Part shown: positions 17,332 through 26,549 of the stretch, piece by piece
Position numbering within the stretch: position 1 is the first letter of the stretch
How the letters are laid out: each line of letters begins with the position of its first letter
Assembly: GCA_005883625.1 (NCBI GenBank)
Contig: VBDU01000071.1
Coordinates: forward strand, 17,233-81,232
Direction of reading: 5' to 3'
Length of the DNA stretch: 64,000 nt
Origin: Chloroflexota bacterium
GTDB taxonomy: Bacteria; Chloroflexota; Limnocylindria; P2-11E
Notes under the pieces: model-generated
What the model was told of the DNA's origin: nothing
Databases searched by the model: none
Seen by the model: the letters and a program-made list of their open reading frames with translations, nothing else
Position numbers and translations under genes: made by a program

Positions 17332-18239
17332 CGGGGTCCCCAGGCGAGCCGCATCGCCAGGCGCGCCGCGCCCATCGCCGGCTCCTCGCGGACCGGCTCG
17401 ACGGTCGCGCTCGGCAGCATCGCGAGGAGCTCCACGCGCACGGCGCGCTCGAGCGAGGGCAGCGTCTCGAACGCCCCGCCCGCGAGGTAGATCGGGCCCC
17501 CGTCGAGGCCGAGCTCGAGCGCCACGACCGTCGCTGCGCGGGCGAGCGCGCTCGCGCCGCGGCGCACGATCGCGACCGCGATCCCGTCCGATTCCGCCGC
17601 CGCACGGGCGACCGCGCGCGCGCCGGCGAGTACCGCCGGCGACGGGTGGGGCCGGCCGTAGAGCTGCGGCAGCGCCTCCATGAGCGACGTGACGCCGAGC
17701 TCGCGCGTGACGTGCGCCGTGATCGCGGTCGCCGCGCCGCGCCCATCGACGTCGTGGGCGGCGGCGCGAAGCCCCTCGAGCCCGAGCCACACCGCCGATC
17801 CCTCGTCGCCGATGAGATGGCCCCAGCCACCGGCGCGCCGCTCCTCACCCTCTTCGTTCCGTCCGAACGCGATCGAGCCGGTACCCGCGATGAGCACCAC
17901 GCCGCAGCCGACGGGGTTGCCCGCGTAGAGTGCCGCGATCGCGTCGCCGGTCACGTCGATCCGCACCGACGGGCCGACGAGATGCGTAAGGATCTCCCGC
18001 CCGCGCTCGCGATCGGCGGCGCGGTCGCCGCCCGCACACGAAAGCACGACCGCGTCCGCGGCGGCGCCGCCGAGCGATTCCGCGAGGGCCGCCGCGATCG
18101 ATCCTTCGGGGTCGGGGGACGAGAGCAGGTTGGCGCCGCCGCCCGCGCCGCGCCCGACGACCGCGCCGTCGCGATCCACCGCGAACGCGCGCGTCTTCGA
18201 AGCCCCGGCGTCGATGCCCACCACGAGGCTCCCCCTCAC
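17328..18239 (-). CDS. BadF/BadG/BcrA/BcrD-type ATPase; N-acetylglucosamine/MurNAc kinase-like
   Basis: VVGIDAGASKTR, LIAGTGS and GGWGHLIGDEGS motifs. GTGA overlap at 18236-18239. Confidence 0.8.
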   Translation of the reverse strand: MRGSLVVGIDAGASKTRAFAVDRDGAVVGRGAGGGANLLSSPDPEGSIAAALAESLGGAAADAVVLSCAGGDRAADRERGREILTHLVGPSVRIDVTGDAIAALYAGNPVGCGVVLIAGTGSIAFGRNEEGEERRAGGWGHLIGDEGSAVWLGLEGLRAAAHDVDGRGAATAITAHVTRELGVTSLMEALPQLYGRPHPSPAVLAGARAVARAAAESDGIAVAIVRRGASALARAATVVALELGLDGGPIYLAGGAFETLPSLERAVRVELLAMLPSATVEPVREEPAMGAARLAMRLAWGPR

Positions 18240-19345
18240 GGCCGGTGGATGGCCCCGCCCGAGACCGCGCGCGACGCGCCGGTCGCGCTCGGCAGCGTGT
18301 TCGCGAGGCCGCGCATGCGGAACGCGCCGAGGATCGCGAAGGCCACCGCCTCGCGGGCCGAGCTCGGGATCCCGAGCTCATCCATCGTGCGTACGGGGAT
18401 CGGCGCGACGGCCTCGCGCAGCCGCGAGACGAGCGTCGAGTTGTGTGCTCCGCCGCCCGCGATGACGAGCTCGCGCCAGCGCACGCCGCCCGGCGTCTCG
18501 CGAGCGAGCGCCTCCGCGACGGTCCGCGCGGTGAGTACGATCGCGGTGGCGAGCGCGTCGCCGGGCGAGCCGCCGTTCCTGGTGACCCGAGCGAAGAGCG
18601 CGTCCGCGACGGTGGCGCCGAAGTCCTCGCGGCCGGTGCTCTTTGGCGCGCGGCGCGCGAAATACGGATGCGCGAGCGCTTCGTGCAGCGCCGTGTCGTC
18701 GACGCGTCCGCGTGCGGCGGTCCGGCCCGCTTCGTCGAAGCGTTCGCCGCCACGCTGCGCGATGAGATCGCTCAGCATGTTCGCGGGCCCCGTATCGAAC
18801 GCGATCACGTCCTCCGCGCGCGCGCTCGAGATAAGCGTGAGGTTCGCGATGCCGCCGAGGTTGAGGAGGGCGATCGGCGCGCGGTCGGCGAAGAGCACGT
18901 GGTCGCCGAAGGGCACGAGCGGCGCGCCCTCGCCTCCCGCGGCGATGTCGGCGCTGCGGAAGTCGGAGACCGTCGCGACGCCCGTGCGAAGGGCGACCCG
19001 CGACGCGTCACCGAGCTGAAGCGTCGCGTGACGATCGGGCAGGTGGGCGACCGTCTGTCCGTGCACGGCGATGACGTCCGGCCTTCCGTCCAGCGCCGAG
19101 ATGAACGCGCGGGCCGCGTCCGCGTACGCGTCGCCGAGGGCGGCGTGCAGGATCGCGAGATCCGCCGCCGTCGCCGCGTCGTGCGAGGCCGCGCGGAGCA
19201 CGCGGTCGCGGAGCTCGGCGGGGTAGTCGCGGTGTGCCGTCGCGAGGAACCGCACGCGCGGGCGGGAGGTGTCGTCGTCGATCGACACGGCGGCGAGGTC
19301 GATGCCGTCCGCCGAGGTGCCCGACATCATGCCGACCGCGATCAC
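18236..19345 (-). CDS. anmK: anhydro-N-acetylmuramic acid kinase
   Basis: GMMSGTSADGIDLA and FDTGPAN motifs. GTG 19343-19345 forms a GTGA overlap with the upstream stop. Confidence 0.9.
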   Translation of the reverse strand: MIAVGMMSGTSADGIDLAAVSIDDDTSRPRVRFLATAHRDYPAELRDRVLRAASHDAATAADLAILHAALGDAYADAARAFISALDGRPDVIAVHGQTVAHLPDRHATLQLGDASRVALRTGVATVSDFRSADIAAGGEGAPLVPFGDHVLFADRAPIALLNLGGIANLTLISSARAEDVIAFDTGPANMLSDLIAQRGGERFDEAGRTAARGRVDDTALHEALAHPYFARRAPKSTGREDFGATVADALFARVTRNGGSPGDALATAIVLTARTVAEALARETPGGVRWRELVIAGGGAHNSTLVSRLREAVAPIPVRTMDELGIPSSAREAVAFAILGAFRMRGLANTLPSATGASRAVSGGAIHRP

Positions 19346-20400
19346 GCCGAGATTGTGGCGCGGTTTTCGGGCGCGGAGAGCGCTTCGTGCACGGCGATGC
19401 GGAAGCGGTACATCGCGTCGTCGTTCGCGCGTCCGAAATAGACGCGGTTCGTGAGGACGATCACCGTGAGGTCCTGCGACGGGTCGACCCAGACGCTCGT
19501 GCCGGTGAACCCGGTGTGTCCGTACGAATCCAGGCTGAAGTAGCGGCCGCACATCGCGTCGCGCGGCGCCCGCAGCGCGAGCCCGAGCCCGCGTCGCGCG
19601 TTCTCGCCGACCGCGTGCTCGGTCCGCGCGAGGACCGCGAGCTCGTTCCCGACCACCGCACCGTCGCGGAAGACGCGGACGAGCGCGGCGACGTCGGCTG
19701 CGGTCCCGAACAGCCCGGCGTGTCCGGCGACGCCCCCCATCGCGAACGCGTTCTCGTCATGGACCTCGCCGCGCAGGCGCCGCCCCCGATACTCGCGATC
19801 GTCTTCGGTCGCCGCGCAGCCCTCGCGGGGACGCGGTCCGAAGTCGGCGGTCTCGGCCTCGACGGCGCCGAGGACGCGCTCGCGCATGAGATCGGCGAAG
19901 GACGCGCCGCCGACCTTCGCAAGACCGGCCGTGAGCATGACGTAGCCGAGGTCGCTGTACGTGAACGTGCCGATGTCTTGCGCGAGCGGCTCCTGCGCCG
20001 CGAGCCAGACGGCTTCCTCCGCGCTCTTGGCCTCGCGCCAGAGCGGCTTCCACCAGGCGAGCCCGGCGGTGTGCGTGAGGACGCGGAACAGCGTCACGCG
20101 GTCCTTGCCGGCGCCCTTGAAGTCGGGCACGAGCTCGCGGAGCGGGGTGTCCAGCGTGAGCTGGCGCTCGCGGACGAACGACAGCAGCAGCGCGGTGGTC
20201 GCGAGCTTGGTGAGCGACGCGAGGTCGAACACCGAATCGACCGTGCAGGGCGCGTCGGGACCGGCACGGTCGTCCGGACAGAGCGTCCCCGCCGCGAGCG
20301 CCTCGCGCTGACCCTCGCGCTCGACGCGCACGACGCACGCCGTGAAGAGCGAGCCAAGCTGTGCGTCGACGATCGGCGTGGCCGCGGCGATCTCGGTCAC
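19342..20400 (-). CDS. serine hydrolase, beta-lactamase/transpeptidase-like family
   Basis: SLTK (SxxK), YSDLGY and HTGFTG motifs. GTGA overlap at 20397-20400. Confidence 0.8.
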   Translation of the reverse strand: MTEIAAATPIVDAQLGSLFTACVVRVEREGQREALAAGTLCPDDRAGPDAPCTVDSVFDLASLTKLATTALLLSFVRERQLTLDTPLRELVPDFKGAGKDRVTLFRVLTHTAGLAWWKPLWREAKSAEEAVWLAAQEPLAQDIGTFTYSDLGYVMLTAGLAKVGGASFADLMRERVLGAVEAETADFGPRPREGCAATEDDREYRGRRLRGEVHDENAFAMGGVAGHAGLFGTAADVAALVRVFRDGAVVGNELAVLARTEHAVGENARRGLGLALRAPRDAMCGRYFSLDSYGHTGFTGTSVWVDPSQDLTVIVLTNRVYFGRANDDAMYRFRIAVHEALSAPENRATISA

Positions 20401-21875
20401 GTGATGCGGATGGGCGGAGTGCCGCTCGGCCGGAGCTCGCCCGCGAGGACGGCGGCGAGCGCGTCGAGGCTGACCGGGACGTCGCCATAAGAAAGGAGCG
20501 CCGGCCGGTCGGGCACGAGCCCGGCGTCGTACGGGCTCCGCAGCGCGCAGAGCACGCCGCCATGGGCGAGGAGCTCCCGCACGCGAGCGGCGTGCTCGGG
20601 CTTGAAGGTCGCGTTCGCCGAGCAGACCAGGAGCGGGCCCTCGCCGCCAGGGATCGCGCCGTCGCGCGCGAAGGCGAGGCGGTCTCGGAAGCGGCGGCGG
20701 AGCGCCTGCTCGAGATACCCGATCGGATCCGCGAGCTCCTCGACGGCCGACGCGAGCGCGGGCGCGAACGCCGTCACCCGGACGCCCGCGCCCAGCCGGG
20801 GGAGCGGAGGACCGACGTGCGTGATCGAGCGCCCCGCGATCTCCGCGGCGAGCGTGCGGGCAGATTCGTCTTCGATGTCGGCCTCGGGCACGTCACGGCC
20901 GAAGCGCTCGCGGAACGGCGCCGCGCGGGCGATCGCCTCGCGGACCCGCGCGGTGCGGACGTGCTCCCCGATCCACGATGCGGCGTCGAGCTGGCGTTCC
21001 AACCCCGTCGTGACCATGACCGCATCGACGCCGGCAGCGACCGCACGCGTGACGACATCCTGTGGCGAGCCGGCCTCGCCGATGCCGCCCATGTCGAGCG
21101 AGTCGGTCACGCAGAGACCGCGGAACCCGAGCTCGTTGCGAAGGAGATCCGTCAGGATCGGCCGCGAGATCGTGGCGGGCGCCGTCGGGTCGAGCGCCGG
21201 GTAACGCACGTGCGCGGTCATCACCATGCTTGCCCCCGCCGCGATGGCCGCGCGGAAGGGTACGAGCTCGCGCCGCTCGAGCGTCCCCGTATCGGCCGCG
21301 ACCTCGGGCATGTGGAGGTGGGAATCGCGCGTGGTCGCGCCATGCCCGGGGAAGTGCTTCGGGCCGCTCGCGACTCCGGCGCCCTCCGACCCCTGCACCC
21401 ACGCGGCAGCGAAGGCCGCGACCGCGGCCGGATCGTCGCCGAACGACCGCGTCCCGATGACCGGGTTGCGCGGCTCGCTGTTCACGTCGCAGACGGGGGC
21501 GTGATTCACGGCGATGCCGTCCGCCGCGAGGCCCTCCGCGACCGCGCGCGCCGCGCTGCGTGCGTAGCCGACCTCGCCGGTCGCGGCGATCGCCATCGCG
21601 CTCGGGAACACCGCGCGATAGGCGACACGCACGACGGTGCCGCCCTCCTGATCGACGGCGACCGGGACCGGCGGCAGCCCGCCGCGGCGCGCCGCATCCT
21701 GCACCTCCCGGAGCATCGCGCGGACCTGCTCCTTCGAGCGGATGTTCTTGCGGAACGCGAAGAGCAGGATCCCGCCGACCCGGCCAACGTGGACAGCGTC
21801 GAGGAGCGCGCCCGGCGCGCGCTCGCCATCGAAGCCTGCCCATACGAGCGCGCCGGGTCCGAGCGCGCCCGACAT
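20397..21875 (-). CDS. nagZ: glycoside hydrolase family 3 beta-N-acetylhexosaminidase
   Basis: 492-aa tail of ORF 20397..22442. Motifs VDQEGG, KHFPGHG and TDSLDM. ATG 21873-21875. Confidence 0.85.
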   Translation of the reverse strand: MSGALGPGALVWAGFDGERAPGALLDAVHVGRVGGILLFAFRKNIRSKEQVRAMLREVQDAARRGGLPPVPVAVDQEGGTVVRVAYRAVFPSAMAIAATGEVGYARSAARAVAEGLAADGIAVNHAPVCDVNSEPRNPVIGTRSFGDDPAAVAAFAAAWVQGSEGAGVASGPKHFPGHGATTRDSHLHMPEVAADTGTLERRELVPFRAAIAAGASMVMTAHVRYPALDPTAPATISRPILTDLLRNELGFRGLCVTDSLDMGGIGEAGSPQDVVTRAVAAGVDAVMVTTGLERQLDAASWIGEHVRTARVREAIARAAPFRERFGRDVPEADIEDESARTLAAEIAGRSITHVGPPLPRLGAGVRVTAFAPALASAVEELADPIGYLEQALRRRFRDRLAFARDGAIPGGEGPLLVCSANATFKPEHAARVRELLAHGGVLCALRSPYDAGLVPDRPALLSYGDVPVSLDALAAVLAGELRPSGTPPIRIT

Positions 21876-22270
21876 CAGCCGCCCCGGCGGCGTCTGCGAT
21901 ACCGGGCGAGCGTGAGCTGTCCGAACGGTCGTCCGCGGAGGTTGCGCGTTGACTTCTCGAGGACGATCCGTCGGATCTGATCGGCCTCGGGGACGATCGG
22001 CGCGATGCGCCGGCGGCTCCGCGGTCCCGCGATGTGCCCGCCAAGCGCGTCGAGCACGTCGTTCACCCGTTCCTCGATGTCCGCCATCGCGAGCGGTCTC
22101 GCGCCGAGGAACAGCTCGAGGCGCACCTCGAGCCGGTCGCGCTCGCTGTATCCGACGCCACGGCCGGCCTGCGATTCGAGCACCGCGGCGTGTATCCGTC
22201 GACGCCACTCGTTCCGAGGGGCTTGATACGGAGGCAGGAGCGCACTGAACGTGAAGCGGCGCTTGGCCAT
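21875..22270 (-). CDS. hypothetical protein with RusA-like sequence layout
   Basis: 131 aa; first gene of the operon; stop overlaps the nagZ start (TGATG). Motifs LPPYQAPRNEW, ADIEERVNDVLDAL and EADQIRRIV. The functional assignment is tentative. Confidence 0.5.
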   Translation of the reverse strand: MAKRRFTFSALLPPYQAPRNEWRRRIHAAVLESQAGRGVGYSERDRLEVRLELFLGARPLAMADIEERVNDVLDALGGHIAGPRSRRRIAPIVPEADQIRRIVLEKSTRNLRGRPFGQLTLARYRRRRRGG

Positions 22271-22469
22271 GTGCCCGTGAGGGTAGCCACAACGCGCGCG
22301 GCGCGGCGTCGCGGGTCCTGTCCCGGCTCCGGCGGTCTCTCGCTCCGCGCACCCTGCCCGCCGCGCACCACCCAGCGGTGCACGTTGTTCCCGGCGGGTC
22401 CTGGGGCCCGCGCGTCGCGAGAGACCACCTGCGCCGTGCCACCCGCGACGCCTCGCGCGCTCGGGCCGG

Positions 22470-24026
22470 CTAACCCCGTTGCACGTTCACGTCGACTTCG
22501 TGGTAGCCGGTGCTGCCGTTCGGGAACGGCGGGCGTCTGATCGGCGTCTCGGTGTTGCCCGCGCCATCGGTCGAGCGGGCGACGAGGCGGTGCGATCCGG
22601 TCTTCGGGGGCGTCCAACCGAATGACCAGCGCCGCCAGCTGAGGTCGCCGGCCATCGGCTCGAGCGATGCGGCGGACCAGCTCGAACCGCCGTCCGTCGA
22701 GACCTCGACCTTGGAGATCCCACGCGCTCCGGCGTACGCGATCCCCGCGATCGTCAGTACGCCGCCGTCCCAGCGCGCGTTACGGCCGGGCAGGTCGATG
22801 CGCGTGTTGGTGTTCACGACCGCCGAGTCCGACCAGCCCTGCTGCATCCAGTACCCGAGGAAGTCATAGCTCACGACCTCGATCTTGCGCACCCACTTCA
22901 CGTTCTTCATCCCGTAGATGTTCGGCACGAGGATGCGCGCGGGGTAGCCGTGGTCCTGCGGGATCGTGCGTCCGTTCATGAGATACGCGACGAGCGTACG
23001 TGCCTCCATCGCCTTCGCGATCGGGAATGAATCGGTGTACCCATCCACCGACGTGAACGCGACGTCGAACGCGGTCGACTTCGGTTTCGCGCGCGCGAGG
23101 AGGTCGCGCAGGGGCACGCCGGTCCACACCGCCGTCGAGATGAGGTCGCCGCCGACGTAGTTGCTGATGCATTCGAGCGTGTGCACCTGCTCGACGGCCT
23201 CCAGGTCGAGGAGCTCGTCGTACGAGAGCGCGAAGGGCTGCTCGACCTCGCCCGCGATCTCGAGCCGCCAGGCCGCGATGTCCACGCGCGGCTTCACGAG
23301 CGTCGTGTCGACGGTGTAGTGCGCCTCGTTCTCCGTCAGCCGCGGCGTGATCCCGGGAAGCGCATCGATCGCGGGATCGGCCGCGGCGAGCGAGGCCTTC
23401 GCGCGCAGCCTCCGCGCGGCCGTCGGCACGTTGCCGAGCGTGCTCGCGGCGATGCCGGAGATGCGCGAGAGGGGGAGAGCCGCGATCGCCACGAGCGCCG
23501 CCAGCCCCGCGGTGCCGAGGAGCGCGCGGCGGCGAGCCGGCGAGGGCGGCCGCTCCGGATCTGCGGCGGCGGCCTGCGCCGCGGCGCTCGGGAGGACGAA
23601 CGCGAGCGAGACGAGGAAAGTCGCCGCGCCCGCGGCCGCGTCGATGACGCTGGTCACGGGCTCGATCTTCGACGCCGAGAAGAGCTGCGCGAGGACCACG
23701 CTCGCGACCCAGGGGACGACCGCGACGGCGACCACCGTGGCGTCGCGCCGCCGCGGCGCGACCGCGAGGAGCCCCGTGATCGCGCCATCGGCGAAGAACA
23801 ACGCGACGACGCCGACGATGAGCAGCCACTTCGCCCAGTACTGGAGCAGCTCGATGAGCGGGATGCTGACCCAGCCGGGGAGGACGTCGATGATCGCCTG
23901 ACCCAGTGAATCCGCGACGAACGGCATCCCGGCGAGCGAGACGAGGAACGAGACGTCGAGCGCGAAGAACATCGCGAGGGCGCCGACGAGCATCCCCGTT
24001 CGTGCTCGACGATCGAAGCGCCTCAC
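22470..24026 (-). CDS. sulfite-oxidase-family molybdopterin oxidoreductase with N-terminal polytopic membrane domain
   Basis: Catalytic core (HTLECISN, GYPARILVP..YG.KNVKW) plus an Ig-like dimerisation domain (KVEVSTDGGSSW). Start is uncertain: GTG 24026 or ATG 23993. Confidence 0.8.
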   Translation of the reverse strand: MRRFDRRARTGMLVGALAMFFALDVSFLVSLAGMPFVADSLGQAIIDVLPGWVSIPLIELLQYWAKWLLIVGVVALFFADGAITGLLAVAPRRRDATVVAVAVVPWVASVVLAQLFSASKIEPVTSVIDAAAGAATFLVSLAFVLPSAAAQAAAADPERPPSPARRRALLGTAGLAALVAIAALPLSRISGIAASTLGNVPTAARRLRAKASLAAADPAIDALPGITPRLTENEAHYTVDTTLVKPRVDIAAWRLEIAGEVEQPFALSYDELLDLEAVEQVHTLECISNYVGGDLISTAVWTGVPLRDLLARAKPKSTAFDVAFTSVDGYTDSFPIAKAMEARTLVAYLMNGRTIPQDHGYPARILVPNIYGMKNVKWVRKIEVVSYDFLGYWMQQGWSDSAVVNTNTRIDLPGRNARWDGGVLTIAGIAYAGARGISKVEVSTDGGSSWSAASLEPMAGDLSWRRWSFGWTPPKTGSHRLVARSTDGAGNTETPIRRPPFPNGSTGYHEVDVNVQRG

Positions 24027-24028
24027 CT

Positions 24029-26029
24029 ATGGCACGATACGCCGCGTTGCCCGACGTCCCTCCTCCGCTCACACCTGAGGATCTCTACGCGTTCCACTTC
24101 CTCGCTGACGCGGAGATCTCGCCGGACGGCGACCGGGTCGCGTACACGGTGAAGGTCGCGAACGACGCGCGAGACGGCTATCGGAGCGCGATCTGGGTGC
24201 TTCCCTGCGACGGCTCGCGCCCACCGGCGCAGATCACGGCCGGCGCCGCGCAGGATGGGTCGCCACGATGGTCTCCCGATGGCCATCGGCTGGCGTTCCT
24301 GTCCGATCGCGGCGAGGCGCCCAAAGGCCGTAAGCGCGCCCCACGCAACGTCTACGTCCTCGACCTCGCGGGCGGCGAGGCCCGCCAGCTCACCTCACTC
24401 GGCGAGGACTGCGGCGATCTCGTGTGGTCGCCGGACGGACGATTCCTCGCCTTCGTCGTGCGCGATGAGCGGCCGGAGGGCGCCGAGGACGACGGCGTCC
24501 GTGTCTACGACCGCCTCCACTACCGGTCGGACGAGGCCGGCCTCCTGGACGCAAGGCGAAAACACGTGTGGGTCGCACGTCCGGATGGCGACGAGCCGCG
24601 ACAGGTCACGGCCGGCGATTGGGACGACGCGCAGCCGGAGTTCTCCCCGGATTGCCGCGAGATCGCGTTCGTCTCGAATCGCACGGAGGCGCGGGAGGTG
24701 AACACGGTCGCGGACATCCACGTGACGGCCGTCGACGGCACGACGCGCCGCATCACCGACGGGAAGGGCAGCTACGGCAATCCCTCGTGGTCCCCCGACG
24801 GGGCCACGCTGGCCGCCTACGGCACCGACGTCGCCGTCGGCTCGAGCTCGCGCAACATCCACGCCTGGGCGTTTCCCATGTCCGGCGGCGCCGCGCGCGA
24901 TCTGACCGAGGGCTGGGATCGGACCGTCGGGTCCTCGGTCATCAGCGACATGCGCTCGCACATCCAAACCCTCCCGCCGGCCTGGACCGGCGATGGACGG
25001 ATCCTCTTCCTTGGATCGGACCAGGGGACCGCGAACGCGTACTCCTGCGCGGCCGGCGGCGGCGACGTTCGCGCGGTCACCCTTGGCGAGCACCAGGTCG
25101 TGAGCTGGACGTGCGATCGGGCGCGGCGCCGGTTCGCGGCGGTGGTCGCGACCGCGACGGATCCGGGGAACGTGTACGTGGGCGAGGTCGGCGGAGCGAT
25201 GCGGAAGGTCACGTGCCTCAACGACGAGCTTCTCGGCGCGCGGTTCGTCGCTGCCCCCGAGCGCGTCGAGTTCACCGGTGCGGACGGCTGGCGCATCGAG
25301 GGCTGGCTGCTGAAGCCGCGTGGCTTCGACCCGACGCGCCGCTGGCCGCTCGTCCTCGAGATCCACGGCGGGCCGCACACCGCGTACGGCCACTCGTTCT
25401 TCCACGAGTTCCACGTGCTCGCCGGCCGCGGCTACGCCGTGCTGTACACGAACCCGCGGGGGAGTCACGCCTACGGCCAGAAGTTCGTCGAGGCCTGCGT
25501 CGGCGATTGGGGCGGGAAGGACTACGACGACCTCATCGCCGGCGTCGATCACGCGCTCTCCCTCGGCTGGGTCGACGGCGACCGGCTCTACGTGACCGGC
25601 GGCAGCTACGGCGGCTTCATGACCAACTGGGTCATCGGTCGCACCGACCGGTTCAAGGCCGCGGCCACGCAGCGGTCGATCTCGAACAACATCTCGGCGT
25701 TCGGCACGAGCGACATCGGGTGGCATTTCTGGGAGCACGAGATGGGCGACGCGACGCCGTGGCGTGACGAGCACAAGCTCGTCGAGCGCTCGCCGCTCAC
25801 GTACGTGACGAATGTGAAGACGCCGCTCCTGATCCTGCATGCCGAGCGCGACCTGCGGTGCCCCATCGAGCAGGCCGAGCAGCTCTTCACGGCTCTCCGC
25901 GTCCTCGGCAAGGAGGCGGTCTTCGTGCGCTTCCCCGAAGACAACCACGACCTCACGCGCGGCGGAAAGCCGCGCCACCGCGTGGAGCACTGCCGGCGGA
26001 TCGCCGACTGGTTCGACGCGCACCCTTAG
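24029..26029 (+). CDS. S9 family serine peptidase (acylaminoacyl-peptidase / prolyl oligopeptidase type)
   Basis: Beta-propeller repeats (SPDG) plus a GGSYGG nucleophile elbow. ATG 24029. Confidence 0.85.
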   Translation: MARYAALPDVPPPLTPEDLYAFHFLADAEISPDGDRVAYTVKVANDARDGYRSAIWVLPCDGSRPPAQITAGAAQDGSPRWSPDGHRLAFLSDRGEAPKGRKRAPRNVYVLDLAGGEARQLTSLGEDCGDLVWSPDGRFLAFVVRDERPEGAEDDGVRVYDRLHYRSDEAGLLDARRKHVWVARPDGDEPRQVTAGDWDDAQPEFSPDCREIAFVSNRTEAREVNTVADIHVTAVDGTTRRITDGKGSYGNPSWSPDGATLAAYGTDVAVGSSSRNIHAWAFPMSGGAARDLTEGWDRTVGSSVISDMRSHIQTLPPAWTGDGRILFLGSDQGTANAYSCAAGGGDVRAVTLGEHQVVSWTCDRARRRFAAVVATATDPGNVYVGEVGGAMRKVTCLNDELLGARFVAAPERVEFTGADGWRIEGWLLKPRGFDPTRRWPLVLEIHGGPHTAYGHSFFHEFHVLAGRGYAVLYTNPRGSHAYGQKFVEACVGDWGGKDYDDLIAGVDHALSLGWVDGDRLYVTGGSYGGFMTNWVIGRTDRFKAAATQRSISNNISAFGTSDIGWHFWEHEMGDATPWRDEHKLVERSPLTYVTNVKTPLLILHAERDLRCPIEQAEQLFTALRVLGKEAVFVRFPEDNHDLTRGGKPRHRVEHCRRIADWFDAHP

Positions 26030-26030
26030 C

Positions 26031-26549
26031 GTGAGCGTCCGCCAGGCGACGGAGGACGACGCCGAGGCGATCGAGCGGGTCCGCTACGAGACGTGGCAGG
26101 CGACGTATCGCGGCCTCATGCCCGACGCGCTCCTCGACCGGATGACCCCGAACGTCGGCGCGCGGCGCGAGCGGCTGCGCGCCCAGCCGCCCGACCATTC
26201 GTGCTTCGTCGCGGAAGCGGGCGGCGCGGTCGTGGGTTTCGCGTTCGGAGGTCCCGAACGGGCGAAGGATCCGGACTACCGCGGCGAGGTGTACGCGATC
26301 TACGTCCTCCCGGCTTTCCAGGGGCGTGGTCTCGGCCGCGCGCTCATCCGCGAGTGCGCGCGGGAGCTCGGGCAGCGCGGGATCACCTCGCTTCTCATCT
26401 GGGTGCTCCGCGAAAATGAGATCGGCCGCCGCTTCTATGAGCGGCTGGGCGGTCGAGCGGTGCGCGAGAAGCCGCTCGAGGGGATCCCGGGCGCGGAGGG
26501 TCAGGTCGAGGTCGGCTACGGCTGGGCCGATACCACGCGGCTGCGTTAG
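26031..26549 (+). CDS. GNAT family N-acetyltransferase
   Basis: Motif VLPAFQGRGLGRALI. GTG 26031, directly after the upstream stop. Confidence 0.8.
   Translation: MSVRQATEDDAEAIERVRYETWQATYRGLMPDALLDRMTPNVGARRERLRAQPPDHSCFVAEAGGAVVGFAFGGPERAKDPDYRGEVYAIYVLPAFQGRGLGRALIRECARELGQRGITSLLIWVLRENEIGRRFYERLGGRAVREKPLEGIPGAEGQVEVGYGWADTTRLR

Noticed and set aside
21875-22270. Prophage remnant suggested by the RusA-like ORF
   Set aside because: No integrase, terminase, capsid, att-like repeats or other phage genes nearby, and the ORF is translationally coupled to nagZ.
23906-24028. N-terminal extensions of long ORFs (23906..26029, 34753..35829, 263..1888, 36445..37566, 53004..54008, 54402..55751, 54686..56380)
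   Set aside because: The extensions are Arg-rich and overlap the preceding gene. Internal starts give family-typical N-termini and/or ATGA/GTGA coupling with the upstream stop.
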